This document shows positions 30,379 to 39,321 of a DNA stretch of 64,000 nucleotides, piece by piece. The position numbers were made by a program, and so were the translations under genes. Under the pieces are notes generated by a model. The model saw only the letters and a program-made list of their open reading frames with translations. It ran no database searches and was not told the DNA's origin. Every line of letters begins with the position of its first letter. Positions within the stretch are counted from its first letter, which is position 1. The stretch is from Smithellaceae bacterium (GTDB lineage Bacteria; Desulfobacterota; Syntrophia; Syntrophales; Smithellaceae), in assembly GCA_963667845.2 (NCBI GenBank), contig CAXXVL010000002.1, positions 160,001-224,000 of the forward strand. Reading direction: 5' to 3'.

Positions 30379-32142
30379 ATGAAACAATACTTTGAAAAAA
30401 TGGACCCGCTGGGCAAGCCGCTCACGGCGAAGCAAATCGACGGCATGCAGGAAAACCGCGACAAACTGGAAGAAATCATGCGCACAGTGGATGCGGAGGT
30501 CGAACGGATCAAGAATGTCGGCGTGCCCCTGCAAACGCTGCACGACCGCGGCGAAATGAGCGTGTGGGAACGCATCGAGTACCTGATCGATCCCGGAACC
30601 TTCTGCCCGCTGCACAGCATCTTCGATCCGGATAATGAAGAGTCGGGCAGCACCGGCGTGGTGGACGGACTGGCGCGCATCAACGGCAAATGGTGCGCCC
30701 TGATCGGCTTCAACAACAAGTGGATGGCAGGCGCCTGGATCGCCGGCCAGCCGGACAACAACCTGCGCGTCACAGACATCGCCAAAATTCTGCATATCCC
30801 GCTCGTGTGGCTCGTCAACTGCTCCGGTGTGAAACTGCCCGAGCAGGAAAAAATGTATGCCAACCGCCGCGGCCAGGGCACGTGCTTCTTCCGCCATGCG
30901 GAACTCGAACAGATGGGCATCCCGGTGATCGCCGGTATTTACGGCACCAACCCCGCGGGCGGCGGCTACCAGTCGATCAGCCCGACCATCCTGCTTGCGC
31001 ACAAGAAAGCCAACATGGCCGTGGGCGGAAGCGGGATCGTCAGCGGCATGTCGCCCAAAGGATTCTTTGATGAAGCGGGCGCCGAGGAAATCATTAACGC
31101 CACCCGCCATTTCAAATCCGTCCCGCCCGGCAGTGTCAAAATCCATTACGATGTTACCGGATTTTTCCGCGCCGTCTTCGATGAAGAAAAACAGGTGCTC
31201 GACGCGATCAAGGATTACATGAATGATCTGCCGGCTTACAACCCGCGCTTCTTCCGCGTGGCCAAGCCTGCCGAACCCGCGTATTCCCCCGCGGAGATCG
31301 CCTCGATCATCCCGGTAAACAAGAAACGGGTTTACGATTTTGAACAGGTGCTGGCGCGGTTGGTGGACGGTTCCGAACACCTGGAATTCCGGCCGGGCTA
31401 CGGACCGGAGATGTATTGCGGCCTGGTCAAAGTGGACGGCTATCTGATGGGTGTCATCGGCAACCGCCAGGGCATGCTGCTGAACTATCCCGAATACACC
31501 AACGAGTATATGGGCGTGGGCGGCAAGCTCTACCGCCAGGGACTGATCAAAATGAGCGAATTTGTAACGCTGTGCTCCCGCGATAAAGTGCCGGTGATCT
31601 GGTTTCAGGATACCTCCGGCATCGATGTGGGCGATACGGCGGAAAAGGCGGAGCTCCTCGGCCTGGGGCAGTCGCTCATTTACTCGATTGAGAATTCAAA
31701 ACTGCCGATGATGCTGGTCGTCCTGCGCAAAGGCACGGCGGCGGCGCACTACGTTCTGGGCGGCCCCACGGCGAACAACAACAATGCCTTTTCGCTGGGC
31801 ACCGCCACGACCGAAATCAACGTCATGCACGGCGAGACCGCAGCGGCGGCAAGTTACGCCCGCCGTCTCGTCAAAGAAAAAGACGCGGGAAAACCTTTGC
31901 AGCCCATCATCGATAAGATGAACGAAATGGTCCAGCACTACGACGATACGTCAGGACCGGTTTTCTCAGCCAAGAAAGGTTTTGTCGATGAAATCGTCCG
32001 CTACCACGAACTGCGCAATTACCTGGTGGGTTTTGCCAACTGCGCCTATCAGAACCCGCGCGCCATCTGCCCGCAGCATCAGCTGATTCTCCCCCGGATT
32101 ATCCGCTCGGAAATTGTGAAGGGGCTGGACAGACCGAAGTAG
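30379..32142 (+). CDS. gcdA: Glutaconyl-CoA decarboxylase alpha subunit (carboxyltransferase)
   Basis: YFEKM N-terminus, NCSGVKLPEQ, GTNPAGGGY, QDTSGIDVG, LRKGTAAAHYVLGGP and ICPQHQLILPR are characteristic of GcdA. Confidence 0.9.
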   Translation: MKQYFEKMDPLGKPLTAKQIDGMQENRDKLEEIMRTVDAEVERIKNVGVPLQTLHDRGEMSVWERIEYLIDPGTFCPLHSIFDPDNEESGSTGVVDGLARINGKWCALIGFNNKWMAGAWIAGQPDNNLRVTDIAKILHIPLVWLVNCSGVKLPEQEKMYANRRGQGTCFFRHAELEQMGIPVIAGIYGTNPAGGGYQSISPTILLAHKKANMAVGGSGIVSGMSPKGFFDEAGAEEIINATRHFKSVPPGSVKIHYDVTGFFRAVFDEEKQVLDAIKDYMNDLPAYNPRFFRVAKPAEPAYSPAEIASIIPVNKKRVYDFEQVLARLVDGSEHLEFRPGYGPEMYCGLVKVDGYLMGVIGNRQGMLLNYPEYTNEYMGVGGKLYRQGLIKMSEFVTLCSRDKVPVIWFQDTSGIDVGDTAEKAELLGLGQSLIYSIENSKLPMMLVVLRKGTAAAHYVLGGPTANNNNAFSLGTATTEINVMHGETAAAASYARRLVKEKDAGKPLQPIIDKMNEMVQHYDDTSGPVFSAKKGFVDEIVRYHELRNYLVGFANCAYQNPRAICPQHQLILPRIIRSEIVKGLDRPK

Positions 32143-32146
32143 AAGA

Positions 32147-32188
32147 GCTCATGGCTTGTAGCTCATAGCTCATGGCTTATGGTTCATA
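32147..32188 (+). repeat. Degenerate heptamer tandem repeat (6 units)
   Basis: GCTCATG GCTTGTA GCTCATA GCTCATG GCTTATG GTTCATA. Confidence 0.7.
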
Positions 32189-32190
32189 GT

Positions 32191-32225
32191 AAAAAAAGGG
32201 CGGGATTTTTTCCCGCCCTTTTTTT
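32191..32225. terminator. Bidirectional rho-independent terminator
   Basis: AAAAAAAGGGCGGGA-loop-TCCCGCCCTTTTTTT between convergent genes. Confidence 0.88.
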
Positions 32226-32252
32226 GCATGATTCTCTTTATTCTATAACGTT

Positions 32253-33065
32253 CTAAAATTCCAATCCGACGCCGGCCTTTATTCCGAATGTGCTGAAGGT
32301 GTTTCTTTCCATTTTGTCAATTAAACCGGAGCCGCCCGCCTCATTGAAATTATCGCTTTTGCCCGCATCGATGTATTTAAAAAACGGCGTGGCAAAAACC
32401 ATCAATCCAAACGCTCTGTCTTTCCTGGGGATGATGCTGTAAGTCATGGGAAGTTGAATCCTTGCGCCCATCCCGACAGGGTTGTCAAAAGAATTATCAT
32501 GGACGCCGGATGTATATGAATATTTTCCGGCGAAGGGGAGCAGAAAGGCGACATCCAGCGCAATAGACCATCTGGGCTCGGTATAGCCGAAGATGGCTCC
32601 GAGAGCCGCATAGGGGGTCCGGTACTTTTCCGTTAATTGCGAATTCGTTTTACCCGTTAACTTCCAGTCGAGATATCCAATCCCGCCATAGGGCGTAAAG
32701 GCAAAGCTGCCCCGCTTGTAGAGCCTGTAGCCGGCATTGAGTTCCGTGCTCCAATCATGCCCGTCGTAATACAGCGGATCCGGATCGATATCTTCCTCCT
32801 TGATGTCCGGAAGAAGGTTGTAATCAAAAGTCGCCCGCAGGAAGACGGGCATCGAGTTGCCCTCATAACGAACATCCAGGGAGGGTCCATGCGCAATCCC
32901 GGTATGCTTCCATTCCAGGGCGTAAGCCCCTTCTTCATTTAGTTTATTCTCTGTTTGCCCGACGGAGTAGCCCAGAAAAATTTTGACACTGGCTTCGGCC
33001 CATGCAGTAGTCGTTGCCAGCCCGATAAGAACGAGCACCATGATCAATCCATATTTTTGTTTCAT
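32253..33065 (-). CDS. Outer-membrane beta-barrel protein
   Basis: Signal peptide (AWA), alternating amphipathic strands (ELNAGYRL, FTPYGGIGY) and C-terminal Phe (GIKAGVGLEF). Confidence 0.8.
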   Translation of the reverse strand: MKQKYGLIMVLVLIGLATTTAWAEASVKIFLGYSVGQTENKLNEEGAYALEWKHTGIAHGPSLDVRYEGNSMPVFLRATFDYNLLPDIKEEDIDPDPLYYDGHDWSTELNAGYRLYKRGSFAFTPYGGIGYLDWKLTGKTNSQLTEKYRTPYAALGAIFGYTEPRWSIALDVAFLLPFAGKYSYTSGVHDNSFDNPVGMGARIQLPMTYSIIPRKDRAFGLMVFATPFFKYIDAGKSDNFNEAGGSGLIDKMERNTFSTFGIKAGVGLEF

Positions 33066-33249
33066 TGAGCGGTCTCCTTCATGATTTCCAAGATGATTAT
33101 TCCCGAATCGACTTCACGCTGATTTCATAAATCGAACAAGATTTAAAATCAAGTCAATTAGTCGTCCGGAAAGAAGGTTCATGCCCCTGCGGGGCACGCG
33201 AGGGTCAAGGTGCAAGGTGCAAAAATCGCTCTCCCGTGCGAGACGCGCG

Positions 33250-34098
33250 TCAGACGATATCTTCGCTATCGAAGCGCCGGAAGAGGAGTGCGCCCAAAAC
33301 AACAACATAGGCGAGTATATTGACGAGCGGATAGACGGATATGAATCCCGGTACGCCTTCCCAGGCAAGGAGCGACGATCCGAACCGCTCCGTGCCGGCG
33401 ATCTGCGGCCACAACCAGTAGAATACTGTCCAGCCGCTCAGGCCCGACTGCGGACCTGCGGAGGGCATCAGGGCCTGTCCCATAGAACTCCGGGAGAGAC
33501 TGAAAATTCCGTCTGCGACAAAGCTAATGATCGCTATTCCCGTGACACAGAGAAACGCCATAACATCCGGCATCACAAGCGACAGCGAGAGACAGGCGAC
33601 GACCACGAAAAGCAGATTCAGGAAGCATGACAGCGACGCGGCAAGGTACTGCGGCAGCAGTGCCCCGGCGCTGACGGAGGCAAGGATAAATACCAGGCCG
33701 TGCAAAGCAAACATGAACAGCGCCGACAATGCCCACAAACCGAGGACCTTACCCGTGACGTACTGCCGTCTCGTGATCGGCTTGGACAGAATGCAGGCCT
33801 GCATTCCTTCGTCGCGGTCGCGCTTCAGCACACGCATGGTCAGCAAGGCCGAGAGAAACATCGACCCCAGAGCAATCAGATGGAACATGACTTTGGACAT
33901 CATCTGGATCACACTCCGGGAGTCCACCATCTGGCCGTTCATCACAACATTGCCGGAGTAGCAGCCGCGGACGAGCAGGATGGCCAGCACTGAGAGCACG
34001 CACATGACAATGAAGCTTTTCTGCCTGACGTCGTCCGTCAGGGTGTATCGGGCAATGCGCAGCACAGGAGAAGTTTTCTTTGGCATTTTTTCGTTCAC
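33250..34098 (-). CDS. ABC-2-type transporter permease
   Basis: About six hydrophobic segments and the ILSKPITRRQYVTGK motif. Overlaps the ATPase stop codon. Confidence 0.85.
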   Translation of the reverse strand: MNEKMPKKTSPVLRIARYTLTDDVRQKSFIVMCVLSVLAILLVRGCYSGNVVMNGQMVDSRSVIQMMSKVMFHLIALGSMFLSALLTMRVLKRDRDEGMQACILSKPITRRQYVTGKVLGLWALSALFMFALHGLVFILASVSAGALLPQYLAASLSCFLNLLFVVVACLSLSLVMPDVMAFLCVTGIAIISFVADGIFSLSRSSMGQALMPSAGPQSGLSGWTVFYWLWPQIAGTERFGSSLLAWEGVPGFISVYPLVNILAYVVVLGALLFRRFDSEDIV

Positions 34099-34799
34099 CC
34101 TTTCACCAGCCGGACAAATACCGCTTCCAGCGTTTCTCCCTCTTTGATCAAAACAGAAATGTCGTCTTTGACCAGAAGCCTGCCGTTATGAATGATTGCA
34201 GCCGTGTCGCAGATTTTTTCGACCTCCGAAAGCAAATGGGAATTGAGAAAGATCGTCATCCCTTCTTTTTTCAGGGATTCAAGCAGTTGGCGCGTTTCCC
34301 GGATGCCGATCGGATCCAGTCCGGAGGTGGGTTCATCCAGAAGTAGCAGACGGGGATGGCCGACGAGCGCGGCGCCCAGACCAAATCGCTGAATCATGCC
34401 TTTGGAATACGTGCCCGCCTTGGTGTGTTCCCGTCCCGACATTCCGATCTCGCCGACGATGCGCCGGCACTGTTCTTCCGCCTCGGGCGAACTCAGGCCC
34501 AGCAATTCGGCCGAACGCCGCAGATACTGCCACCCGGTAAGATGCGGCGCAATGCGCTGGTTTTCCGCCAGATACCCGATTGCAGCGCGGCTTTCCGCCT
34601 TCATGCAGTCGACGCCGTTTACCGACAGACTGCCCGCTGAAGGCCTCGTGAAATCCAGGAGCATCTTGACGATGGTCGTCTTTCCCGCGCCGTTGGGGCC
34701 CAGGAGCGCAAAACACTCTCCCGTCCGCACTGAAAACGAGACATTGTCCACGGCGGCCAGAGAGCCATATCGTTTGGTTACGGCATTTAATTCAATCAT
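34095..34799 (-). CDS. ABC transporter ATP-binding protein
   Basis: GPNGAGKTT, YSKGM, LLLLDEPTSGLDP and NSHLL. Start MIELNAV. Confidence 0.93.
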   Translation of the reverse strand: MIELNAVTKRYGSLAAVDNVSFSVRTGECFALLGPNGAGKTTIVKMLLDFTRPSAGSLSVNGVDCMKAESRAAIGYLAENQRIAPHLTGWQYLRRSAELLGLSSPEAEEQCRRIVGEIGMSGREHTKAGTYSKGMIQRFGLGAALVGHPRLLLLDEPTSGLDPIGIRETRQLLESLKKEGMTIFLNSHLLSEVEKICDTAAIIHNGRLLVKDDISVLIKEGETLEAVFVRLVKG

Positions 34800-34806
34800 A
34801 CCGGCG

Positions 34807-34835
34807 AGTATATGAATACAGCTCTCCGATGTCAA
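34807..34835 (-). promoter_or_regulatory. Sigma-70 promoter
   Basis: TTGACA-N17-TATACT on the minus strand, ending 7 nt before the ATG at 34799. Confidence 0.75.
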
Positions 34836-34922
34836 TAAATCTCGTATTGATCATCGCCTTGTTTATTATATAATGAAAATCATATATCTTATGCACGAAG
34901 GAATAAGGAGGATGGATAAATC

Positions 34923-35246
34923 ATGATTACCGTCACGCCCGAAGCCATTGACGCTATAAGAGTTTTTCTGGCACAACAGGGGAATCAAAAACCCATCCGC
35001 ATTCATCTGCACTCCACCGGCTGCTGCGATGCATCGCTGGGCTTGACGGCGGATGACGCTTCAGCCGACGACGTCGTTGAGAATGTCCAGGGAATTATGT
35101 TTGTGATCCATCCGGATGTCATCACCCTGACCGGAGATGTTGCCATCTCCTATCAGAGCGACAAATTCGATTCCGGTTTTGTTCTGACGTCGGCGCGTCC
35201 GGTCAGTGAATGGAGCGGCTTCGGCGTCTGCACGATAAAAAGTTGA
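34923..35246 (+). CDS. IscA/HesB-like protein
   Basis: MITVTPEA, IRIHLHSTGCCDASLGL, GFVLTS and C-terminal Cys. AAGGAGG RBS. Confidence 0.8.
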   Translation: MITVTPEAIDAIRVFLAQQGNQKPIRIHLHSTGCCDASLGLTADDASADDVVENVQGIMFVIHPDVITLTGDVAISYQSDKFDSGFVLTSARPVSEWSGFGVCTIKS

Positions 35247-35275
35247 CCGATCCCGGAAAAGATGAGTTGCCCCTG

Positions 35276-35632
35276 TCATTCTCTCTGGGCAGGTTTGCCG
35301 ACGGCCTCCACGGCCAGGCCGTGATTCTCATGGATCTCGATGAGCGGCAGGAAACCGACCATCGCCAGAACATTGTACACGGTTTCCTGGACGGAACAGA
35401 CGGCGAACCGGCCCTGCACCTCTGCGGCGGCCCTGGCACCCTTCATGAGCACCCGCAAACCCGCCGAACTCATATAGTCCACCTGGGCAAGATCAAGGAC
35501 GCAGCGGGCCAGCGGTACGGCCAGGACGGCTGCGACTTCTTTTTCCAGTTCGGGCGCCGTCAACGCGTCTATTCGTCCCGCCACGCGGATCGACAGGACG
35601 CCATCACCCAAAACTTCTCTCTTCAATTCCAT
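35276..35632 (-). CDS. STAS-domain anti-sigma-factor antagonist
   Basis: GRIDA and LDLAQVDYMSSAGLRVL (phospho-Ser motif). Confidence 0.9.
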   Translation of the reverse strand: MELKREVLGDGVLSIRVAGRIDALTAPELEKEVAAVLAVPLARCVLDLAQVDYMSSAGLRVLMKGARAAAEVQGRFAVCSVQETVYNVLAMVGFLPLIEIHENHGLAVEAVGKPAQRE

Positions 35633-35654
35633 ACGCTCCCTCCCCGGACGATCG

Positions 35655-37508
35655 TTAAGCCGGTTCATCAAACCGGCATTTGAGGGTTAAAGTGCCGTCC
35701 TCATACTTGGTGCGGATCTGGTAGGGCAGTTTCTTAAACAAGGCCAGCATGGAGAAATTTTCCTTAAGCACGATGGCATCGAGGCCGATGAGACCATTCG
35801 ACAGCGCGGCATCCACCACTTTCTGCTGCAGCCGCACGGCGATCCCTTTTCCCTGCCAGTCTTTCGCCACGGAGTAGGCCACTTCCCCCGCTCCGCTCCC
35901 TTCCAGAAAATATCCGCCGATGCCGATCACGCGGCCGTATCCCTCTTCACCCTGATAGGCGACGATGGAACAATTTTTCGTATAATCGACGATGAACATG
36001 TCTTTCATTTCATCCCAGTAAAAATGGTGCTTCCGGCCGAAGAAACGCTTGGCAATGTCCCGCTCGTCCATCTCGTAGAAGTGCTCCTGGATCGATCGAT
36101 CGTCAACGGTTTTAACGGGGCGGAACGTCACTTTCTGCCCGGCAATGGTCACGACTTCCTCGAGCCAGGCCGGGTAAACGCCGAATTGCGCTTCGTAGAG
36201 TTTGCGGTCCTGACTGATGAGCCCGTCGCGCCGCGCCTGCTCGAAGAGTTGCTCGCGAAAATCGGGGTGGGCGACGCTGATCATCGCCATGGCGCGCTCC
36301 TGAATATTCTTGCCGAACAGATTGACGGCGCCGTATTCGGTGACGACGTAGGTCACATCGGCTGCCGGAATGGCGACCGTCCCCGCGGCCTGTTCGACGA
36401 CGATGTTGCTCGTCTTGCCGTCGTCGCTTAGCGACTGGACCACGACGATGGACTTGCCGCCCGGCGCCATAGCCGCGCCCCGGCTGAAATCCACGAGCCC
36501 CGCCACGTCGGCGAAATGGTTCTGCGCGGTACCGTCGGCCGCGACCTGCCCCTTCAGATCCACCGACGTCACGCGGTTGATGGCCGTCATCTTGTTGTGG
36601 CGGGCGATCATCACCGGATTGCTCACATAATCGCAGGGCCGGAATTCAATGGCCGGATTGCCGTTCAGGTATGCATAGAGATCGTCGGTGCCGATGGCCG
36701 CGGACGCTACCATCTTGCCTTCGTTGAATCCCTTTTTGCGGTTCGTGATTACGCCCCGCGCCGCGAGGTCCTGCATGACATCGAGAATCATCAGGGAGTG
36801 GATACCCAGATCCTTCTTTTCGCCCAGGGCCGCGGCCATGAGCTCCGGCGTAAAACCGGGACTGATGTGCAGAGTCGATCCATCATCCACCAGATTCGAT
36901 AAGAGCTTGGCCACACGGTCCGCGTCCTTCATTTCCGGTATGGGGTAGACGGACAGCAGATCTTCCTGATGCTCGACGATATAGTCCACCTCGTCCACAT
37001 GCAGCATGCCGTAACCCGGAATCACCGGCATGTTCGGATTGACTTGAACGATGACCACGTCGGCCGCCTGGGCGGCGGCCAGGGTAATGTCCACGGAAAT
37101 GCCGAGGTTCAGCCAGCCGAACGCATCGGGCGGGGCCGTCTGGATCAGGGCATAATGAATGGGAATGTGGCGTTTCTGAAACAGCGCGGGCACCGTATAG
37201 AGATTCATCGGTGTGAGAAAACGCCGGGAGGCCGTGAGGCCTTTGATCATACCCGAGCCCTGGTAGATCGAACGTACATGATAATTGCGGCCTTTGGTTT
37301 CTTCCGCCACCAGCCCCATGAGCGACCCTTCCAGATTCAGAAAGCGCACGACTTCCACGTCCGAAAAATGGTCGGTGTGATCGATAAGTGCGTTCACGAG
37401 ATGCTGGGGCTCGCCGCAGTAAGACCCGATGAAAACGCGCTTACCGCGTGAGATGCAGCTGATCGCCTGCTTGGCGGATACTACCTTGTCCTGATATGCT
37501 ATTGCCAC
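35655..37508 (-). CDS. CoA-transferase-like domain (catalytic Glu absent) fused to GNAT acetyltransferase
   Basis: Colinear paralog of 13353-15242 (LGISVD, VTEYG, GKNIQERA). GIHTE reads GIHSL. GNAT motif GEVAYSVAKDWQGKGIA is intact. Confidence 0.85.
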   Translation of the reverse strand: MAIAYQDKVVSAKQAISCISRGKRVFIGSYCGEPQHLVNALIDHTDHFSDVEVVRFLNLEGSLMGLVAEETKGRNYHVRSIYQGSGMIKGLTASRRFLTPMNLYTVPALFQKRHIPIHYALIQTAPPDAFGWLNLGISVDITLAAAQAADVVIVQVNPNMPVIPGYGMLHVDEVDYIVEHQEDLLSVYPIPEMKDADRVAKLLSNLVDDGSTLHISPGFTPELMAAALGEKKDLGIHSLMILDVMQDLAARGVITNRKKGFNEGKMVASAAIGTDDLYAYLNGNPAIEFRPCDYVSNPVMIARHNKMTAINRVTSVDLKGQVAADGTAQNHFADVAGLVDFSRGAAMAPGGKSIVVVQSLSDDGKTSNIVVEQAAGTVAIPAADVTYVVTEYGAVNLFGKNIQERAMAMISVAHPDFREQLFEQARRDGLISQDRKLYEAQFGVYPAWLEEVVTIAGQKVTFRPVKTVDDRSIQEHFYEMDERDIAKRFFGRKHHFYWDEMKDMFIVDYTKNCSIVAYQGEEGYGRVIGIGGYFLEGSGAGEVAYSVAKDWQGKGIAVRLQQKVVDAALSNGLIGLDAIVLKENFSMLALFKKLPYQIRTKYEDGTLTLKCRFDEPA

Positions 37509-37571
37509 GCTTTCCTCCTGAGATGAAAAAATATCATTAATATTTGCTGTTTTTTGTTCGTGCTGAAATCA

Positions 37572-39137
37572 TCACCGGATCGGGAAATTTTCCACCGGCC
37601 CCTGATCTTTATCAGGTCTGCCCGTCAATATCAACAGGATGCCGGCGAGCGCCAGGTAGGCCAGCGCGAGCATATAGTGGGCATTTGATGCGACCCGCCA
37701 GGGCAGATAAAGTTCTCCTGTCGGCATGATCGAATGAATGATGCCGAAAAGCGTCATGAGGCCGCAGATGGCCGCGCACAGGGCCGCAAGGCGCGCCCGG
37801 TGATCGATCAGGAAGGCCAGCATGCTGCCCCAGAGAAGCCCCGTCAGGATGAAGCCGTTGGCCAGCATGGTCAGCGTTTGATGCAGGTGCTGGAGTCTCA
37901 GTGGAAGCTTGTCGAGTGTTATGTTTGCCGCCCCCAGAAACTGCGCGAGAATGATCAGCACGAGGCTGGCGATGACCGGCAGAAAGCTCAGGCTGACTGC
38001 CGGGGAATGGGCCGGCGGTGATTCGGAGTAGGCCTGCCGGATGATTTCAAATCCGATAAAGATAAAAATGGGCGCAATGACCGCCCGGGGAATCAGGCCG
38101 ACAAACAGCGACATCAGCCCGACCAGTGAACCGATACCGACCGCGAGGCCGGTCAAAAGCGTATAGCGCCAGGTTGCGCCCATCTTCTTGTATGCGGGAT
38201 GACCGATATAGGGCGTGGTCTGCGCCACACCGCCGAAGAACGCCGAAATCAGAGATGTCGCCGCCTCGGTGAGCAGAATATCGCGCGGCCGGTAATCGTC
38301 GCCGGCGAGCCTCGCGCTTTCCGTGTTGTTGATGCCGCCGACGATCGTCAGGATACCGAACGGAATGGCGATGGGCAGATAGTGGATACTCTGGGGCAGG
38401 GTCTTGAGAAAATCAAAGGAGAACAGCGGGAGGCATAGATGCATCTCCAGAGACGGAGCCTGATACTCCGGCAGGTAGCCGCTCCAACCGAGAGCAAAAT
38501 GAATCACGGTGCCGAAGAACACGGCTGCCACAACGCCGTGAATGCGTCCGGGCAATTGCAGTTTGCTGAAGAGCGCCGCAAAGATGAGGCCCAGAGCCAC
38601 CATGCCGACGATGACCTCGTTCATGATTTCGACAAGCGGCAGAAAACCGAGCAGCATGAGCCCGATGCCGGCAATGGATCCCAAAAGCCCCGCCGTCGGA
38701 ACGTTGCGTTGAATCCATCCGCCGCAGAAAGAGGTAAACACTTTCACGACGCCGATCATGAAAAGCGTGGCCATGCCGACATGCCAGGTAAGGATGGGGT
38801 CGCGGGTGATCACGTAGGTGGGGCCCAGAACGGCGTATGCAATGCCGATGGTCGACGGCGTATCGAGACCCAGCGGCATGGCCGTGACGTCATTTCGTCC
38901 GGTTTTCCGTTTCAATCGGATCGCCAGCCAGGTATAGATAAGATCGCCCGCGAGGACGCCGATCGCGGTGCCCGGAATCATGCGCGTGAGAATGATATCG
39001 ACGGGGAAATTAAAGGTGAAGACCAGGATGGCATTTAAGAAAATCAGTACGCCGGCGTTATCCAGAAACAGCGCCAGAAAAGCGGTTGTCTCCCCCCAGA
39101 ACATGCCGTGTTTGGTGCCAGCTGCCGCCTGCATCAT
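37572..39137 (-). CDS. Polytopic permease, NCS2/AzgA-like
   Basis: At least 12 hydrophobic segments; TAMPLGLDTPS, NNTESARLAGD and YIGHPAYK motifs. Confidence 0.75.
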   Translation of the reverse strand: MMQAAAGTKHGMFWGETTAFLALFLDNAGVLIFLNAILVFTFNFPVDIILTRMIPGTAIGVLAGDLIYTWLAIRLKRKTGRNDVTAMPLGLDTPSTIGIAYAVLGPTYVITRDPILTWHVGMATLFMIGVVKVFTSFCGGWIQRNVPTAGLLGSIAGIGLMLLGFLPLVEIMNEVIVGMVALGLIFAALFSKLQLPGRIHGVVAAVFFGTVIHFALGWSGYLPEYQAPSLEMHLCLPLFSFDFLKTLPQSIHYLPIAIPFGILTIVGGINNTESARLAGDDYRPRDILLTEAATSLISAFFGGVAQTTPYIGHPAYKKMGATWRYTLLTGLAVGIGSLVGLMSLFVGLIPRAVIAPIFIFIGFEIIRQAYSESPPAHSPAVSLSFLPVIASLVLIILAQFLGAANITLDKLPLRLQHLHQTLTMLANGFILTGLLWGSMLAFLIDHRARLAALCAAICGLMTLFGIIHSIMPTGELYLPWRVASNAHYMLALAYLALAGILLILTGRPDKDQGPVENFPIR

Positions 39138-39321
39138 GCGCTATTGCCCGTCCGTTCAATGGATTACCGAAAAAAGAAAATTCCGCAAACCGATCCTCAG
39201 GACCGAGCTATAGCTGAAAGCGCCGTATTTGACAATTCAATTTATCTGCATTTGCAGGCGCAGCGGCTCTTTTTCCAGAAATGCACCGGCACAGGAGGGA
39301 ATCTTTCCGTCCCCGGATTCA

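Noticed and set aside
27689..31380. Long antisense ORFs (27689-29230, 30352-31380; likewise 19935-20945 and 60389-61963)
   Set aside because: They are shadows of well-supported genes on the other strand in GC-rich coding DNA and have no motifs.
34923..35246. HesB-like selenoprotein with UGA read-through
   Set aside because: The motif is encoded TGC-TGC (Cys-Cys) and the frame has no internal TGA.
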